Of a DNA stretch of 64,000 bases, positions 50,392 through 60,135 are shown one piece after another. The stretch comes from Natronomonas sp. (lineage in GTDB: Archaea > Halobacteriota > Halobacteria > Halobacteriales > Haloarculaceae). The position numbers were made by a program, and so were the translations under genes. Position 1 is the stretch's first letter; each line of letters starts with the position of its first letter. The notes under the pieces were generated by a model that searched no databases, was not told the DNA's origin, and saw only the letters and a program-made list of their open reading frames with translations. Where the stretch lies: assembly GCA_046545615.1 (NCBI GenBank), contig JBKGZK010000003.1:10184-74183 (forward strand). Direction: 5' to 3'.

Positions 50392-53136
50392 ATGTCAGGA
50401 GAGGAAAACGACGATCGACGACCGTGGGCACAGTCGGCGAGCGACGTTCTCGCCCGGGCGGAGGTCTCGAAAGACGAAGGGTTGAGCGATACCGAGGTCA
50501 AACGCCGACTCGAGCAGTACGGTCCCAACGAGCTACACGAGGCCGAACGGCGACGCTGGTACGAGATCTTGGCCGACCAGTTCAAGAGCGTCATCATTCT
50601 CTTGCTCGCGGTCGCGGGCGTGGCTGCATTCCTGCTTGGCGATACCGTCGAAGCGGTCGCCATTTTCGCCGTTCTCGTCATCAACGGCGCAATTGGGTTC
50701 GTAACCGAAAGTCGTGCGCTAAGTTCGATGGAGAGCCTCCAGGAGATGACCGAGGTCGAAACCCGAGTCCGTCGGGAGGGGGAGGTTCGCGAGATTCCAG
50801 CAGAGGAACTCGTTCCGGGCGACGTCGTGGTCCTCGAGGCTGGCGACATCGTCCCGGCGGACCTTCGCATCCTCGATCCCTCCCGCCTCCAGGTCGACGA
50901 GTCCGCGCTCACCGGCGAATCGGTTCCCGTCGGGAAGACTTCCGAGACTCTCGAGGCGGAAGTCCCCCTCGCCGAGCGGGAAAACATGCTCTACAAGGGG
51001 ACGTACCTGACCCGCGGAAGTACGGACGCGATCGTCGTCGAAACGGGGCCCGATACGGAACTGGGGGAGATTTCGGCCTCGCTCCAGGCGGCGGCCGAGG
51101 AACAGACGCCGTTGCAGGTGAAACTCGACGAACTGGGCCACAAGCTTGTACCATTCCTACTCGTGGTCGCGACCATCGTCCTGGTGTCCGGGTGGCTAAG
51201 AGGCCAGGAGCTGTTTCTGATGGTCGAAACCGCGATCGCGCTGGCTATTGCCACCGTGCCGGAGGGACTCCCCATTGTCGCCACGCTGGTTCTCGCGCGG
51301 GGGATGCGACGAATGGCACAACGCAACGCGTTGATCACCGACCTCGCGTCCGTCGAGACGCTCGGCTCCACCACAATCATCTGCACGGACAAGACGGGGA
51401 CGCTGACAGAGAACGAGATGACCGTGGCCACCTTCGAACTGGCGGCCGGTACCATCGACCTCACCGGCACCGATATCGACACCTCCGCAACCTCCCCGGA
51501 CGACTCTCTAGAGGGAGACGGACCACGGGAATCGCCGCTGTGTGCAGCACTCGAAACGGGCGTGCTCTGTAACAACGCCTCCGTAACCGATGACGATGGG
51601 GATATGGACGGGACCGGAGATCCCATGGAAGTCGCGCTCCTGGTCGCTGGATCGGAACGTGGTCTCGATCGAGACGAACTCCTCGACGACATGCCGGAAC
51701 GTCGGGAGGTCGCTTTCGACCCATCGGTCAAGATGATGGCCACGTACCACGAAGTGGGCGATCGATACAGGGTTGCCGTGAAAGGAGCGCCCGAAGCGGT
51801 TCTCGAATCGTCCACCGGGGTCGTGACAGGTGACGGAACCGAGACGCTTTCGGCGAACGATCGGGAGGCCTGGCTCGACAAGAATGACCGCATGGCCGAA
51901 GACGGGTTGCGCGTCCTCGCACTCGCCCGGAAAACGGTGGACGATACCACCGAGGACCCGTACGAAGACCTCTCGTTGATCGGACTGGTCGGGTTCATCG
52001 ATCCGCCACGTGAAGAAGTCAGGTCGACGATTCAGCGGTGTCAGGACGCCGGCCTCCGAGTCGTCATGGTGACCGGCGATCACGCGGGGACGGCACGGAA
52101 CATCGCCCAGCGTGTCGGACTGGTGGGCGAGGACGACGTCGAGGTCGTCCAGGGTGACGAACTCGACGATCCGGGAGCCCTCTCTCGAGAGGACCGAAAC
52201 CGGTTCGTGCACGCGTCCGTCTTCGCGAGAGTCGCCCCTGATAACAAACTCGATCTGATCGATCTGCACCAGTCCGCAGGCTCGATCGTCGCGATGACCG
52301 GGGACGGGGTCAACGACGCGCCGGCACTGAAGAGCGCCGACATCGGCGTGGCCATGGGCCAGCGAGGGACGCAGGTCGCCCAGGAGGCATCGGACATGAT
52401 CCTCCGGGACGATAACTTCGAGAGCATCTATCACGCCATCCGGGAAGGTCGAGTCATCTTCACGAATATCCGCAAGTTCGTGTTGTATCTGATGTCCTGC
52501 AATCTCAGCGAACTCCTGGCCATCCTGTTTGCAGCGTTGCTGGGCTTTCCGTTGCCCCTGCTTCCCCTGCAAATTCTCTTTCTCAACGTCGTGACCGACA
52601 TCTTCCCGGCGTTCGCCCTCGGTGCCTGTGAGGGAAGCGACGACATCATGGATCGGCCCCCGAGGGATCCCGACGAACCGATCATGACCCGGACCAACTG
52701 GACCGAACTGGGATTCTACGGCGTCCTGATTTCGGTCGCGACGATCGGTGCGTTCGTCATCGCCGGCGGCATGTACGCTGGCGGGATGGAGACCGACGAA
52801 GCCGTCACGATTTCGTTTCTCACGCTCGCGTTCGCCCAACTATGGCATGTCTTCAACGTCCGGGAGATTACCTCCGGCATCCTTAGGAACGAGGTGACCG
52901 AGAACGCATACGTGTGGGGTGCGCTAGGCCTCTCGACGCTGATTCTCGTCGGATCGGTCTACCTGCCAGGTATCTCGCTTGCACTGAGTACCGCTCCCAT
53001 CGGTCTCGACGGATGGATGGTGGTATTGGGCATGAGCCTGGTACCCCTCGTCGTGGGACAGGGAGAACGTGAATTCCGGCGCCACTTCGGGACGCCAACC
53101 CTCGGATCGCTCCTCGGAAATACGCCCCTCAAGTGA
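50392..53136 (+). CDS. Cation-translocating P-type ATPase (type IIA, Ca2+-like)
   Basis: TGES, PEGLP, DKTGTLT, KGAPE, DPPR, TGD, GDGVNDAPAL, N..E in TM5, LNVVTD in TM6. Confidence 0.95.
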   Translation: MSGEENDDRRPWAQSASDVLARAEVSKDEGLSDTEVKRRLEQYGPNELHEAERRRWYEILADQFKSVIILLLAVAGVAAFLLGDTVEAVAIFAVLVINGAIGFVTESRALSSMESLQEMTEVETRVRREGEVREIPAEELVPGDVVVLEAGDIVPADLRILDPSRLQVDESALTGESVPVGKTSETLEAEVPLAERENMLYKGTYLTRGSTDAIVVETGPDTELGEISASLQAAAEEQTPLQVKLDELGHKLVPFLLVVATIVLVSGWLRGQELFLMVETAIALAIATVPEGLPIVATLVLARGMRRMAQRNALITDLASVETLGSTTIICTDKTGTLTENEMTVATFELAAGTIDLTGTDIDTSATSPDDSLEGDGPRESPLCAALETGVLCNNASVTDDDGDMDGTGDPMEVALLVAGSERGLDRDELLDDMPERREVAFDPSVKMMATYHEVGDRYRVAVKGAPEAVLESSTGVVTGDGTETLSANDREAWLDKNDRMAEDGLRVLALARKTVDDTTEDPYEDLSLIGLVGFIDPPREEVRSTIQRCQDAGLRVVMVTGDHAGTARNIAQRVGLVGEDDVEVVQGDELDDPGALSREDRNRFVHASVFARVAPDNKLDLIDLHQSAGSIVAMTGDGVNDAPALKSADIGVAMGQRGTQVAQEASDMILRDDNFESIYHAIREGRVIFTNIRKFVLYLMSCNLSELLAILFAALLGFPLPLLPLQILFLNVVTDIFPAFALGACEGSDDIMDRPPRDPDEPIMTRTNWTELGFYGVLISVATIGAFVIAGGMYAGGMETDEAVTISFLTLAFAQLWHVFNVREITSGILRNEVTENAYVWGALGLSTLILVGSVYLPGISLALSTAPIGLDGWMVVLGMSLVPLVVGQGEREFRRHFGTPTLGSLLGNTPLK

Positions 53137-53398
53137 TTGCGACCCGGTGTGGATCGCCGTCTCTGGGCGAGTTGTCGGATCGTGTTCGCCAGTCGACACA
53201 CCACTTCGTAGGAAAAGGAGTGGACCCACCCGAAATCGATTCGGCGGATTCGATGCCGATCGAAGGAGGAGTAGCGCGATTGGAAGACACCAACGTCGCA
53301 ATCGGAGACAAAATCGGTGCTATCAAAGACGGCACCGGACCTATCGCCGCATCGACCATAAACACCACATTCCAACGGATCCGATACAGGACGAACGC

Positions 53399-53956
53399 AT
53401 GACCGAAGGATCCACCCGACAACTCAAGACAGGTTGGCAAGGACGCTACTTCGAGGACTTCGATGTCGGCGACGTTTACAAACATCCCTACGGCCGGACG
53501 GTAACCGAGACCGACGACGTCTGGTTTACGAACATTACGATGAACACCAACCCGATGCACTTCAACGAGGCCTACGCCGCCGAAACCGAGTTCGGCGAGC
53601 GACTCGTCAACGGCACGTTCGTCATCGCCCTTGCGGTGGGCATGAGCGTTGTCGACGTGAGCGCCAACGCCACGGCGAATCTGGGCTACGACGACGTGCG
53701 CCACCTCGGTCCCGTCTTCCACGGCGATACCATCTTCGCCGAGTCAGAGGTGACGGCCAAGCGAGAGAGCGAATCCAGAGAGCACGTTGGCATCGTCACC
53801 ACCGACCTCCGGGCCTACAACCAGGACGGCGACAAGGTACTCTCGCTCGAACGGTCGCCGATGGTCCTCAAACGCGAATATGCCGAACCGAGTGCCGAAC
53901 GACCGCCCGGGTGGCCGGAGGGAATCGGCACGCAATTGGCCGACCTAGAGGAGTGA
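53399..53956 (+). CDS. MaoC-family (R)-specific dehydratase
   Basis: YFEDF.VG, GRTVTETD, NPMHFN, PVFHGDTI. Confidence 0.9.
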   Translation: MTEGSTRQLKTGWQGRYFEDFDVGDVYKHPYGRTVTETDDVWFTNITMNTNPMHFNEAYAAETEFGERLVNGTFVIALAVGMSVVDVSANATANLGYDDVRHLGPVFHGDTIFAESEVTAKRESESREHVGIVTTDLRAYNQDGDKVLSLERSPMVLKREYAEPSAERPPGWPEGIGTQLADLEE

Positions 53957-54073
53957 ATAGTGGTCGAAAACGGGACGAAGAGGGATGAGAACGCGCCGCT
54001 CGAAGCACGTAAATGAAGCTTCTAGAAAATCGACGGTGCGACCCGACGTAGTGAACCGTTTACCCTGTCGCGA

Positions 54074-54244
54074 TTACTCTTCGCGCATCTCTGCGAACTG
54101 ATCCAGCAGTTCGTCGGTCGAGGTATCCGAATCGAAGCTCATTTCGCCGTCGTAATCGTTTTCGTGGACGTTCTCGCCACCGTCGTCTTCGATCTCGACG
54201 TTTTGATCCGGTTGATCGGATTCGTCGTAGCTTCCAAAGCCCAT
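54074..54244 (-). CDS. Small acidic protein (DUF5786-like), 56 aa
   Basis: MGFGSYDESDQPDQNVEIEDDGGENVHENDYDGEMSFDSDTSTDELLDQFAEMREE; MGFGSYDE start recalled as a conserved haloarchaeal family; not in ORF track. Confidence 0.8.
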   Translation of the reverse strand: MGFGSYDESDQPDQNVEIEDDGGENVHENDYDGEMSFDSDTSTDELLDQFAEMREE

Positions 54245-54332
54245 TCAACTACACCTCGGGGCCGGGGGGACAAGTGGGTTGTGCTCCCCCAGGGGCGTAC
54301 AATTAAGGTCGTCGGCTCCCCCCTATTCGACA

Positions 54333-56021
54333 ATGCGACACGCATCCGGTTCGTTACTCACGATCGACGTGGACGACCGAACCACGACGGAGGAATCGAT
54401 CGACGACGTCCTGGAAACCTTCATCGGTGGACGGGGTGTCGCCACGAAACTCGCGGTCGATCGGATCCCCACGGACGCGGATCCGCTCGGCCCGGACAAT
54501 CGCCTCTACGTGACGACAGGCCCCATGCAACAGTCTCAAATGAGCTTCACGGGCCGGATGAACGTCACCGGGATCTCGCCGCTCACCGGCGGATTACTAT
54601 CCTCGAACGCGGGAGGCTTCCTCTCGCGCAATTTCGCTGCAACGGGAGCTGCCGCCGTCGAAATCGTCGGCGAAAGTGACGAACTCCTCGCACTCCACGT
54701 CAGGGAGGACGGCGTCACCTTCGAGGAGGTACCAGAACTCGAGCAGGCCGAAACACCGGACATCATTGACTGGGCCGATCGCGAACACGACCTCCAGTCC
54801 GAGCACACGATGTGTATCGGGCCGGCGGGCGAAAACCTGGTTCGGTTCGCCTGCATCATGACGAGCGAATCGAGGGCATTCGGCCGGGGCGGACTCGGAG
54901 CCGTCCTGGGAGCCAAGAACGTGAAGGTCGTCACCTTCGATGGGGACTTCTCGCCGGACGTAGAGTTCCCGGACGTCTCAAGCGAGATTCACCGCGACGC
55001 GGCCACCTCGGATTCGGTTATGCGACGGCAGGGAACGTCTTCGGTCGTCGACCTGGGGAACGCGATGGAGGCCTTTCCCACGCGATACTTCAGCGAGCAG
55101 TCCTTCGAGGGTGCGCCGAAGATCAACGGCGACGTGGTCGAGTCGAAGAAGTACAAGAAAGGGACCTGCTCTGCGTGTGCGTACGCGTGCAAGCTCCCAA
55201 CCCGCGACGAGGAATCGGGGTTGGAGACTGAAGGGCCGGAGTACGAGACCATCATGTCCTTCGGTGGTAACTGCGCCATCGACGACATCGTATCGGTAAT
55301 GCACTCGAACGAACGGTGTGACCGCCTGGGCGTGGATACGATCTCTGCCGGCGATACGATTGCCGCGTATCTGGCGAGCGAGGACGAGTTCGGCAACTCC
55401 GACCTCGTCCACGAACTCGTCGACAAGATTGGCTACCGGGAGGGCATCGGCGACCTCCTCGCCGAGGGCGTCGATCGCTGTCACGAAAAACTCGGCGTCG
55501 AGAACTGGACCGCCAAGGGGATGGAATTCCCCGCCCACGACGGCCGGGCCCTCAACGGCCAGGGACTCGGATTCGCGACCTCGAACCGCGGCGCAGATCA
55601 CATGTATGGCACGTTCTACGCCTACGAGTACCCCCTCGTTCCCGCCGAGGATGCCTTCGATCCAACTGGCGTCTCGCCCGAGAAGGCAGAACAGCTCGTT
55701 GAGGCCGAAAACACCCGAGCGCTCGAGGACTGTGGCGTCGTCTGTCGGTTCTCGCGTGACGTGATGACCCAGGAACGGTTCGAGTCGCTGTTCGACGCCG
55801 ACTGGGAAACGCTGCAGGAGGTCGGCGGCACCGTCGTCGAACTAGAACGAGCCTTCAACAATCACCGCGGATTCGACCGGGACGCGGACGACGACCTCCC
55901 ATACGAACTCGCAGGCTTCAACGACGGGCTCGACCGATATTACGAGGTCCGCGGCTGGACCGAGGACGGGATCGTGCCGGACGCAGCCGTCGGCGGTTCG
56001 GCGGCGACTGCCGACGACTGA
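54333..56021 (+). CDS. aor: Aldehyde:ferredoxin oxidoreductase (W/Mo-pterin)
   Basis: IGGRG, SPLTG, IGPAGENLVRFA, GRGGLGAVLGAKN, CSACAYAC Fe-S motif, EGPEYET, DTIS, RGADH. Confidence 0.93.
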   Translation: MRHASGSLLTIDVDDRTTTEESIDDVLETFIGGRGVATKLAVDRIPTDADPLGPDNRLYVTTGPMQQSQMSFTGRMNVTGISPLTGGLLSSNAGGFLSRNFAATGAAAVEIVGESDELLALHVREDGVTFEEVPELEQAETPDIIDWADREHDLQSEHTMCIGPAGENLVRFACIMTSESRAFGRGGLGAVLGAKNVKVVTFDGDFSPDVEFPDVSSEIHRDAATSDSVMRRQGTSSVVDLGNAMEAFPTRYFSEQSFEGAPKINGDVVESKKYKKGTCSACAYACKLPTRDEESGLETEGPEYETIMSFGGNCAIDDIVSVMHSNERCDRLGVDTISAGDTIAAYLASEDEFGNSDLVHELVDKIGYREGIGDLLAEGVDRCHEKLGVENWTAKGMEFPAHDGRALNGQGLGFATSNRGADHMYGTFYAYEYPLVPAEDAFDPTGVSPEKAEQLVEAENTRALEDCGVVCRFSRDVMTQERFESLFDADWETLQEVGGTVVELERAFNNHRGFDRDADDDLPYELAGFNDGLDRYYEVRGWTEDGIVPDAAVGGSAATADD

Positions 56022-56080
56022 ACCCGCGGGATCCATTCGCGAACGGAACGCTTGTTAGCCGTCGCCTCCCTTCACCAGTA

Positions 56081-57325
56081 ATGAGTATCGTTTCCTCGCC
56101 GGCCGTCCGCCGCCTCTCGGCGTGGGATGGCGATCGGCTGGTCGAACTCGCCGAGACGTACGATACCCCGCTGTACGCCATGGATCTCGATCGTGTCCGC
56201 GAGAACTTCGCCCGCTTCGATGCGGCCTTCGACTCGGCCCACGTGATGTATGCAGCGAAGGCAAACACCGGGCGGGCGGTCATCGAGACGCTTTCCGAAG
56301 CCGGTGCCGATGTCGAATGTGCGGCGGCCGGCGAACTCCACCGTGCCCTGAAGGCCGGCATTTCTCCCGAGGATCTCCAGTATACGGCAGTGAATCCGCC
56401 GGATCGAGACCTCGCGTACGCGGTCGATCTCTGGGAAGACACACCCGAACTTACGATCACGGCGGGGGCCACGATGACGCTTGATCGACTGGCCGATCGT
56501 GGCTTCGACGGTCGACTGGCGATTCGCGTCAATCCCGGGATCGGGACCGGCCACCACGAGAAGGTGGCCACCGGAAAGGATGCCAAGTTCGGCATTCCCG
56601 CCGACTCGGTCCCCGACGTCGTCGAAAAAGCCAGGGAGCGGTTCGACGTGGTGGGGCTGCATGCCCACGTCGGTAGCGGCGTTCTCGCGGACGACCTCGA
56701 CGATCACGTCCGGGCGATCCGGACAGTAGCCGATCTCGCGGAAACGGTCGGCGACCTCGAATTCCTCGATATTGGCGGTGGGTTCGGCGTTCCATACCGG
56801 CCAGACGAGGACCCGCTCGACATCAAGATCGTTGCCGAGCGGGTTCGCGAAGCCACGAGCCACGTCGACGCCCGGCTCGCACTGGAACCAGGTCGATACA
56901 TCGTCGCTGACGCCGGAGTACTCCTGACACGAGTGAACACCATCAAGGAGACGCCAGGGACCCGTGTCGTGGGCGTCGATGCCGGCCTGACCTCGATGAT
57001 CCGACCAGCGATGTTCGACTCCTATCACCACGTGCGGAACATCTCTGGTGACCATCGCGAACCCGTCGAATCGAGCGTCGGCGGACCGCTGTGTACGAGC
57101 GCTGACGTCTTCTGTACGGATCGGCCGATTCCACGCCCGGAGCGAGGCGACGTGCTCGCCATCGGCAACGTGGGTGCGTACGGTATCGACCTGGCAAGCC
57201 AGTTCCACTCCCAGCCTCGACCGGCGGAGGTATCGCTGGAGGACGGCGTCGCTCGCATCACTCGCCGGCGGGAGACCTTCGAGGATCTCACGCGGCTGGA
57301 AGACGAAGCCGCCGGGAGACAGTAG
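56081..57325 (+). CDS. lysA: Diaminopimelate decarboxylase family (group IV PLP decarboxylase)
   Basis: YAAKAN, RVNP, KFG, HVGS, DIGGG, EPGRY, GPLCTSAD, GAY. Confidence 0.8.
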   Translation: MSIVSSPAVRRLSAWDGDRLVELAETYDTPLYAMDLDRVRENFARFDAAFDSAHVMYAAKANTGRAVIETLSEAGADVECAAAGELHRALKAGISPEDLQYTAVNPPDRDLAYAVDLWEDTPELTITAGATMTLDRLADRGFDGRLAIRVNPGIGTGHHEKVATGKDAKFGIPADSVPDVVEKARERFDVVGLHAHVGSGVLADDLDDHVRAIRTVADLAETVGDLEFLDIGGGFGVPYRPDEDPLDIKIVAERVREATSHVDARLALEPGRYIVADAGVLLTRVNTIKETPGTRVVGVDAGLTSMIRPAMFDSYHHVRNISGDHREPVESSVGGPLCTSADVFCTDRPIPRPERGDVLAIGNVGAYGIDLASQFHSQPRPAEVSLEDGVARITRRRETFEDLTRLEDEAAGRQ

Positions 57326-57399
57326 CGGTAGCACCTGCCAGAATCTATTTGTGTAACGGTTCTGCCGACGGTACCGTGGCTCGCTAGTCGAGGAGTATC

Positions 57400-58800
57400 C
57401 TACGACTCGTCGGTTCGATGTTCGTCCAGTTCGTCGACGAGTTCGTCCCCGAGGCCCGTGTACTCGACCGGCGTCAGTTCTCGGAGTTCCTTTCGGACGG
57501 ACTCGTCGATATCCAGGTCGTCGAAGAGGTCCCGGAATGCCTCGAGGCTGGTTCGGCTTCCCCTGGTCAAGTCCTTGATTCGCTCGTAGGCCCCAGTATC
57601 GCCTTCCCGTCGAAGGATGGTCTGGACTGCCTCGCCGATAACCTCGGGGTTCGCCGCGAGCTCGTCCCGCATGACCGCTTCGTCGGGAGCGACCGACTCG
57701 AGTCCGGCAGCCGTCTTTCGGTATCCGATGAGACAGTGCGCGAGTGCGGCCCCGATGTTGCGCTTTACGGTCGAATCCGAAAGGTCGCGCTGGAGCCGGG
57801 ACGTCGTTACGTACTCCCCGAGAAAATGCAGGTCGCTGTTTGCCTTCTCGAGGTTGCCCTCGCTGTTTTCGAAGTCGATCGGATTGACCTTGTGTGGCAT
57901 CGTAGACGAACCGGTCTCGCCGGATGCTGCAGACTGCCGGAGATAGCGATCGGAGACGTAGAGCCACATGTCCACGTCGAGATCTCGAAGGACGTTGTTC
58001 GCACCCCTGAGCGCGTCGAATACCGCCGCGAGATCGTCACAGGGATTGACCTGGGTAGTTAGTGCGAGGTGGTCGAGTCCGAGACTGCGTACGAATTCTG
58101 CCGAAAACGCTCGCCAGTCGACGTCCGGATAAGCGACGACGTGGGCGGCGTACGTCCCCGACGCACCCGCGAGCTTTCCGGCGAGGTCGTTCACCGTAGT
58201 TTCGATACGTTCGATAGCGCTCTCGAGTCGGGCCGCATAGACCGCGAGTTCCTTGCCGTACGTCGTCGGCGTCGCGGGCTGTCCGTGCGTACGGGCGAGC
58301 ATCGGACGGTCGCGGTACTCGCGAGCCTCGGCAGCGAGCATGTCCCTGATGTCCCGGATCGCCGGCAGCAGTACGTCCTCGATCGCCCCACCGAGGAGGA
58401 GTCGCTGGGCGAGGTTGTTCACGTCCTCGCTCGTCAGCCCGAAGTGCACCCAGGGTTCGAGTTCGGGGTCGAGATCCATCCGGACGAAATATTCCACAGC
58501 TTTGACGTCGTGGTTGGTGGCCTCGTACGCTCCGTAGCCCCGTGTCTCGAGTTGCTTGAGGATTGCGGCGTCGTCGGCGTCGAACGTCTCGTAGCGGCTC
58601 CGGAGATCGGAACGCTCCGCCTCGGCGATCGTAATCGGCGTGGCGTCGAGATCACTCAGTGCGAGCAGATACTCGACCTCGACCTCGACGCGGGCTCGCA
58701 TGAGCGCGGCCTCGCTGGCGTATGCCGTCAATGGCTCCGTATATCGAGCGTAGCGGCCATCCAGCGGGGAAACGGCGTACAGTGGGCCCCGGTCTGTCAT
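57400..58800 (-). CDS. purB: Adenylosuccinate lyase
   Basis: SPLDGRY, TNHDVKAVEY, HFGLTSED, RTHGQPA, GSSTMPHKVNPIDFEN. Confidence 0.97.
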   Translation of the reverse strand: MTDRGPLYAVSPLDGRYARYTEPLTAYASEAALMRARVEVEVEYLLALSDLDATPITIAEAERSDLRSRYETFDADDAAILKQLETRGYGAYEATNHDVKAVEYFVRMDLDPELEPWVHFGLTSEDVNNLAQRLLLGGAIEDVLLPAIRDIRDMLAAEAREYRDRPMLARTHGQPATPTTYGKELAVYAARLESAIERIETTVNDLAGKLAGASGTYAAHVVAYPDVDWRAFSAEFVRSLGLDHLALTTQVNPCDDLAAVFDALRGANNVLRDLDVDMWLYVSDRYLRQSAASGETGSSTMPHKVNPIDFENSEGNLEKANSDLHFLGEYVTTSRLQRDLSDSTVKRNIGAALAHCLIGYRKTAAGLESVAPDEAVMRDELAANPEVIGEAVQTILRREGDTGAYERIKDLTRGSRTSLEAFRDLFDDLDIDESVRKELRELTPVEYTGLGDELVDELDEHRTDES

Positions 58801-58968
58801 GCAGGTACCTGTGCGTGGCCATCGAAAAAGGATGACGGTGCGGCTCGCACGCTAGAATTCGAGGATACCGACCGAGGTGCAATATCGTCGATTGTGTCGA
58901 CGTGACTGCTGACGATTCAGTTCTCCAAGGGGACCGGACGCGCGTTCTGCAAGCCGCAAACGGCGCAC

Positions 58969-59436
58969 TCACCCCGGATGATGTTCGTGCGTGTGGCTGT
59001 CACCAGATCCGTGCGTATGGCTGTGACCGAGGCCGTGCGCGTGCTCGTGGTCCCGGTCGCCGTCGACCCACTCGGAGGCGTCGCGTTCACCGTCGGTGAA
59101 GTCCGTCGCTCTCTCGTCGAGTTCGCCGGGGTCGATAACTCCATCTGCGACCAGGAGCCGTTCGAGTGCGGCAAGCCACTGGCGGTAGTATATTTCCTCA
59201 GAGGCAGTCGCGTCGACAGGAACCTCCGGCTCAGCCCGTCGGTCGATCTCCGCGACGAGTCGTTCCTGGAACGTGGACCATTCGTAGGTATCGTCCCCGG
59301 AAAGCGCGACCGCGACGGCGAACGCCCTGGCCTGCCAGGGGGCATCGAAGACCGGGCGATCCTCGACGTCGAGTCCCGGGAGCTTGGCGTTGTCGCCATC
59401 GGCGTCATCTGGGTCTTCCCCGGAATCCAGTGCCAT
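58969..59436 (-). CDS. Nitrile hydratase accessory/activator protein with His-rich tail
   Basis: FDAPWQARAFAVAVAL, W..FQERL, YYRQWLAALERLL; C-terminal HEHAHGLGHSHTHGSGDSHTHEHH. Confidence 0.88.
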   Translation of the reverse strand: MALDSGEDPDDADGDNAKLPGLDVEDRPVFDAPWQARAFAVAVALSGDDTYEWSTFQERLVAEIDRRAEPEVPVDATASEEIYYRQWLAALERLLVADGVIDPGELDERATDFTDGERDASEWVDGDRDHEHAHGLGHSHTHGSGDSHTHEHHPG

Positions 59437-59437
59437 T

Positions 59438-60115
59438 TCAGGCGTCGCCTCCCAGCCGTTCGACGCCGATCATCGAATCCCGTGTCACGTACTCGACGAG
59501 TTCGTCCTCCGTCGCATCGGCAGACTCCGGCGGCCGCTGCGGAAGAACCATGTACCGGATCTCGGAGGTGCTGTCGTGGACCTGGATCTCGACGTCCTCG
59601 GGGAGATCGGTGTTGAACTCTTCCCGGAGGAGCGTCCGGGGTTCCTTTACCGCCCGCGATCGATAGGCCGGCGTCTTGTACCACGTCGGCGGTAGGCCGA
59701 GCAACGCCCAAGGGTAACACGAACACAGCGTACATACGACGAGGTGGTGCACCTCGGGACCGTTCTGGACGATTTCGATCTCCACGGCGTCGCCGTCGAC
59801 GTCGACGACGTCAGCCGCGGCCTCCATACCGTCTTCGAGCAGCCACTCCCGATAGTCCGGATCGGTCCAGGCGCGGGCGACCACACGGGCCCCATTCAGG
59901 GGGCCGATATCGTGTTCGTACGTGGCGATGACGTCATCGACGGCCTCCGCGGAAAGTATTCCCTTCTCCACGAGCAGCGACTGAAGTGCTCGGGCACGAG
60001 ACTCGGGATCGTGTCGTCGGGCGTGGTCGTCGACGTCGAAGGCATTTCCGTCGTCTGGACCATCGCCGTCGAGGGTGCCACTGCCGTCTGCGAGGAGATT
60101 GTGATCGTCGTCCAT
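59438..60115 (-). CDS. nthA: Nitrile hydratase alpha subunit, cobalt type
   Basis: GARVVARAWTDP, VVCTLCSCYPW, LGLPPTWYK...YRSR, DSTSEIRYMVLPQRP, VTRDSMIG. Confidence 0.96.
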   Translation of the reverse strand: MDDDHNLLADGSGTLDGDGPDDGNAFDVDDHARRHDPESRARALQSLLVEKGILSAEAVDDVIATYEHDIGPLNGARVVARAWTDPDYREWLLEDGMEAAADVVDVDGDAVEIEIVQNGPEVHHLVVCTLCSCYPWALLGLPPTWYKTPAYRSRAVKEPRTLLREEFNTDLPEDVEIQVHDSTSEIRYMVLPQRPPESADATEDELVEYVTRDSMIGVERLGGDA

Positions 60116-60135
60116 GGTCGTTCCTTTCGTGCGGT

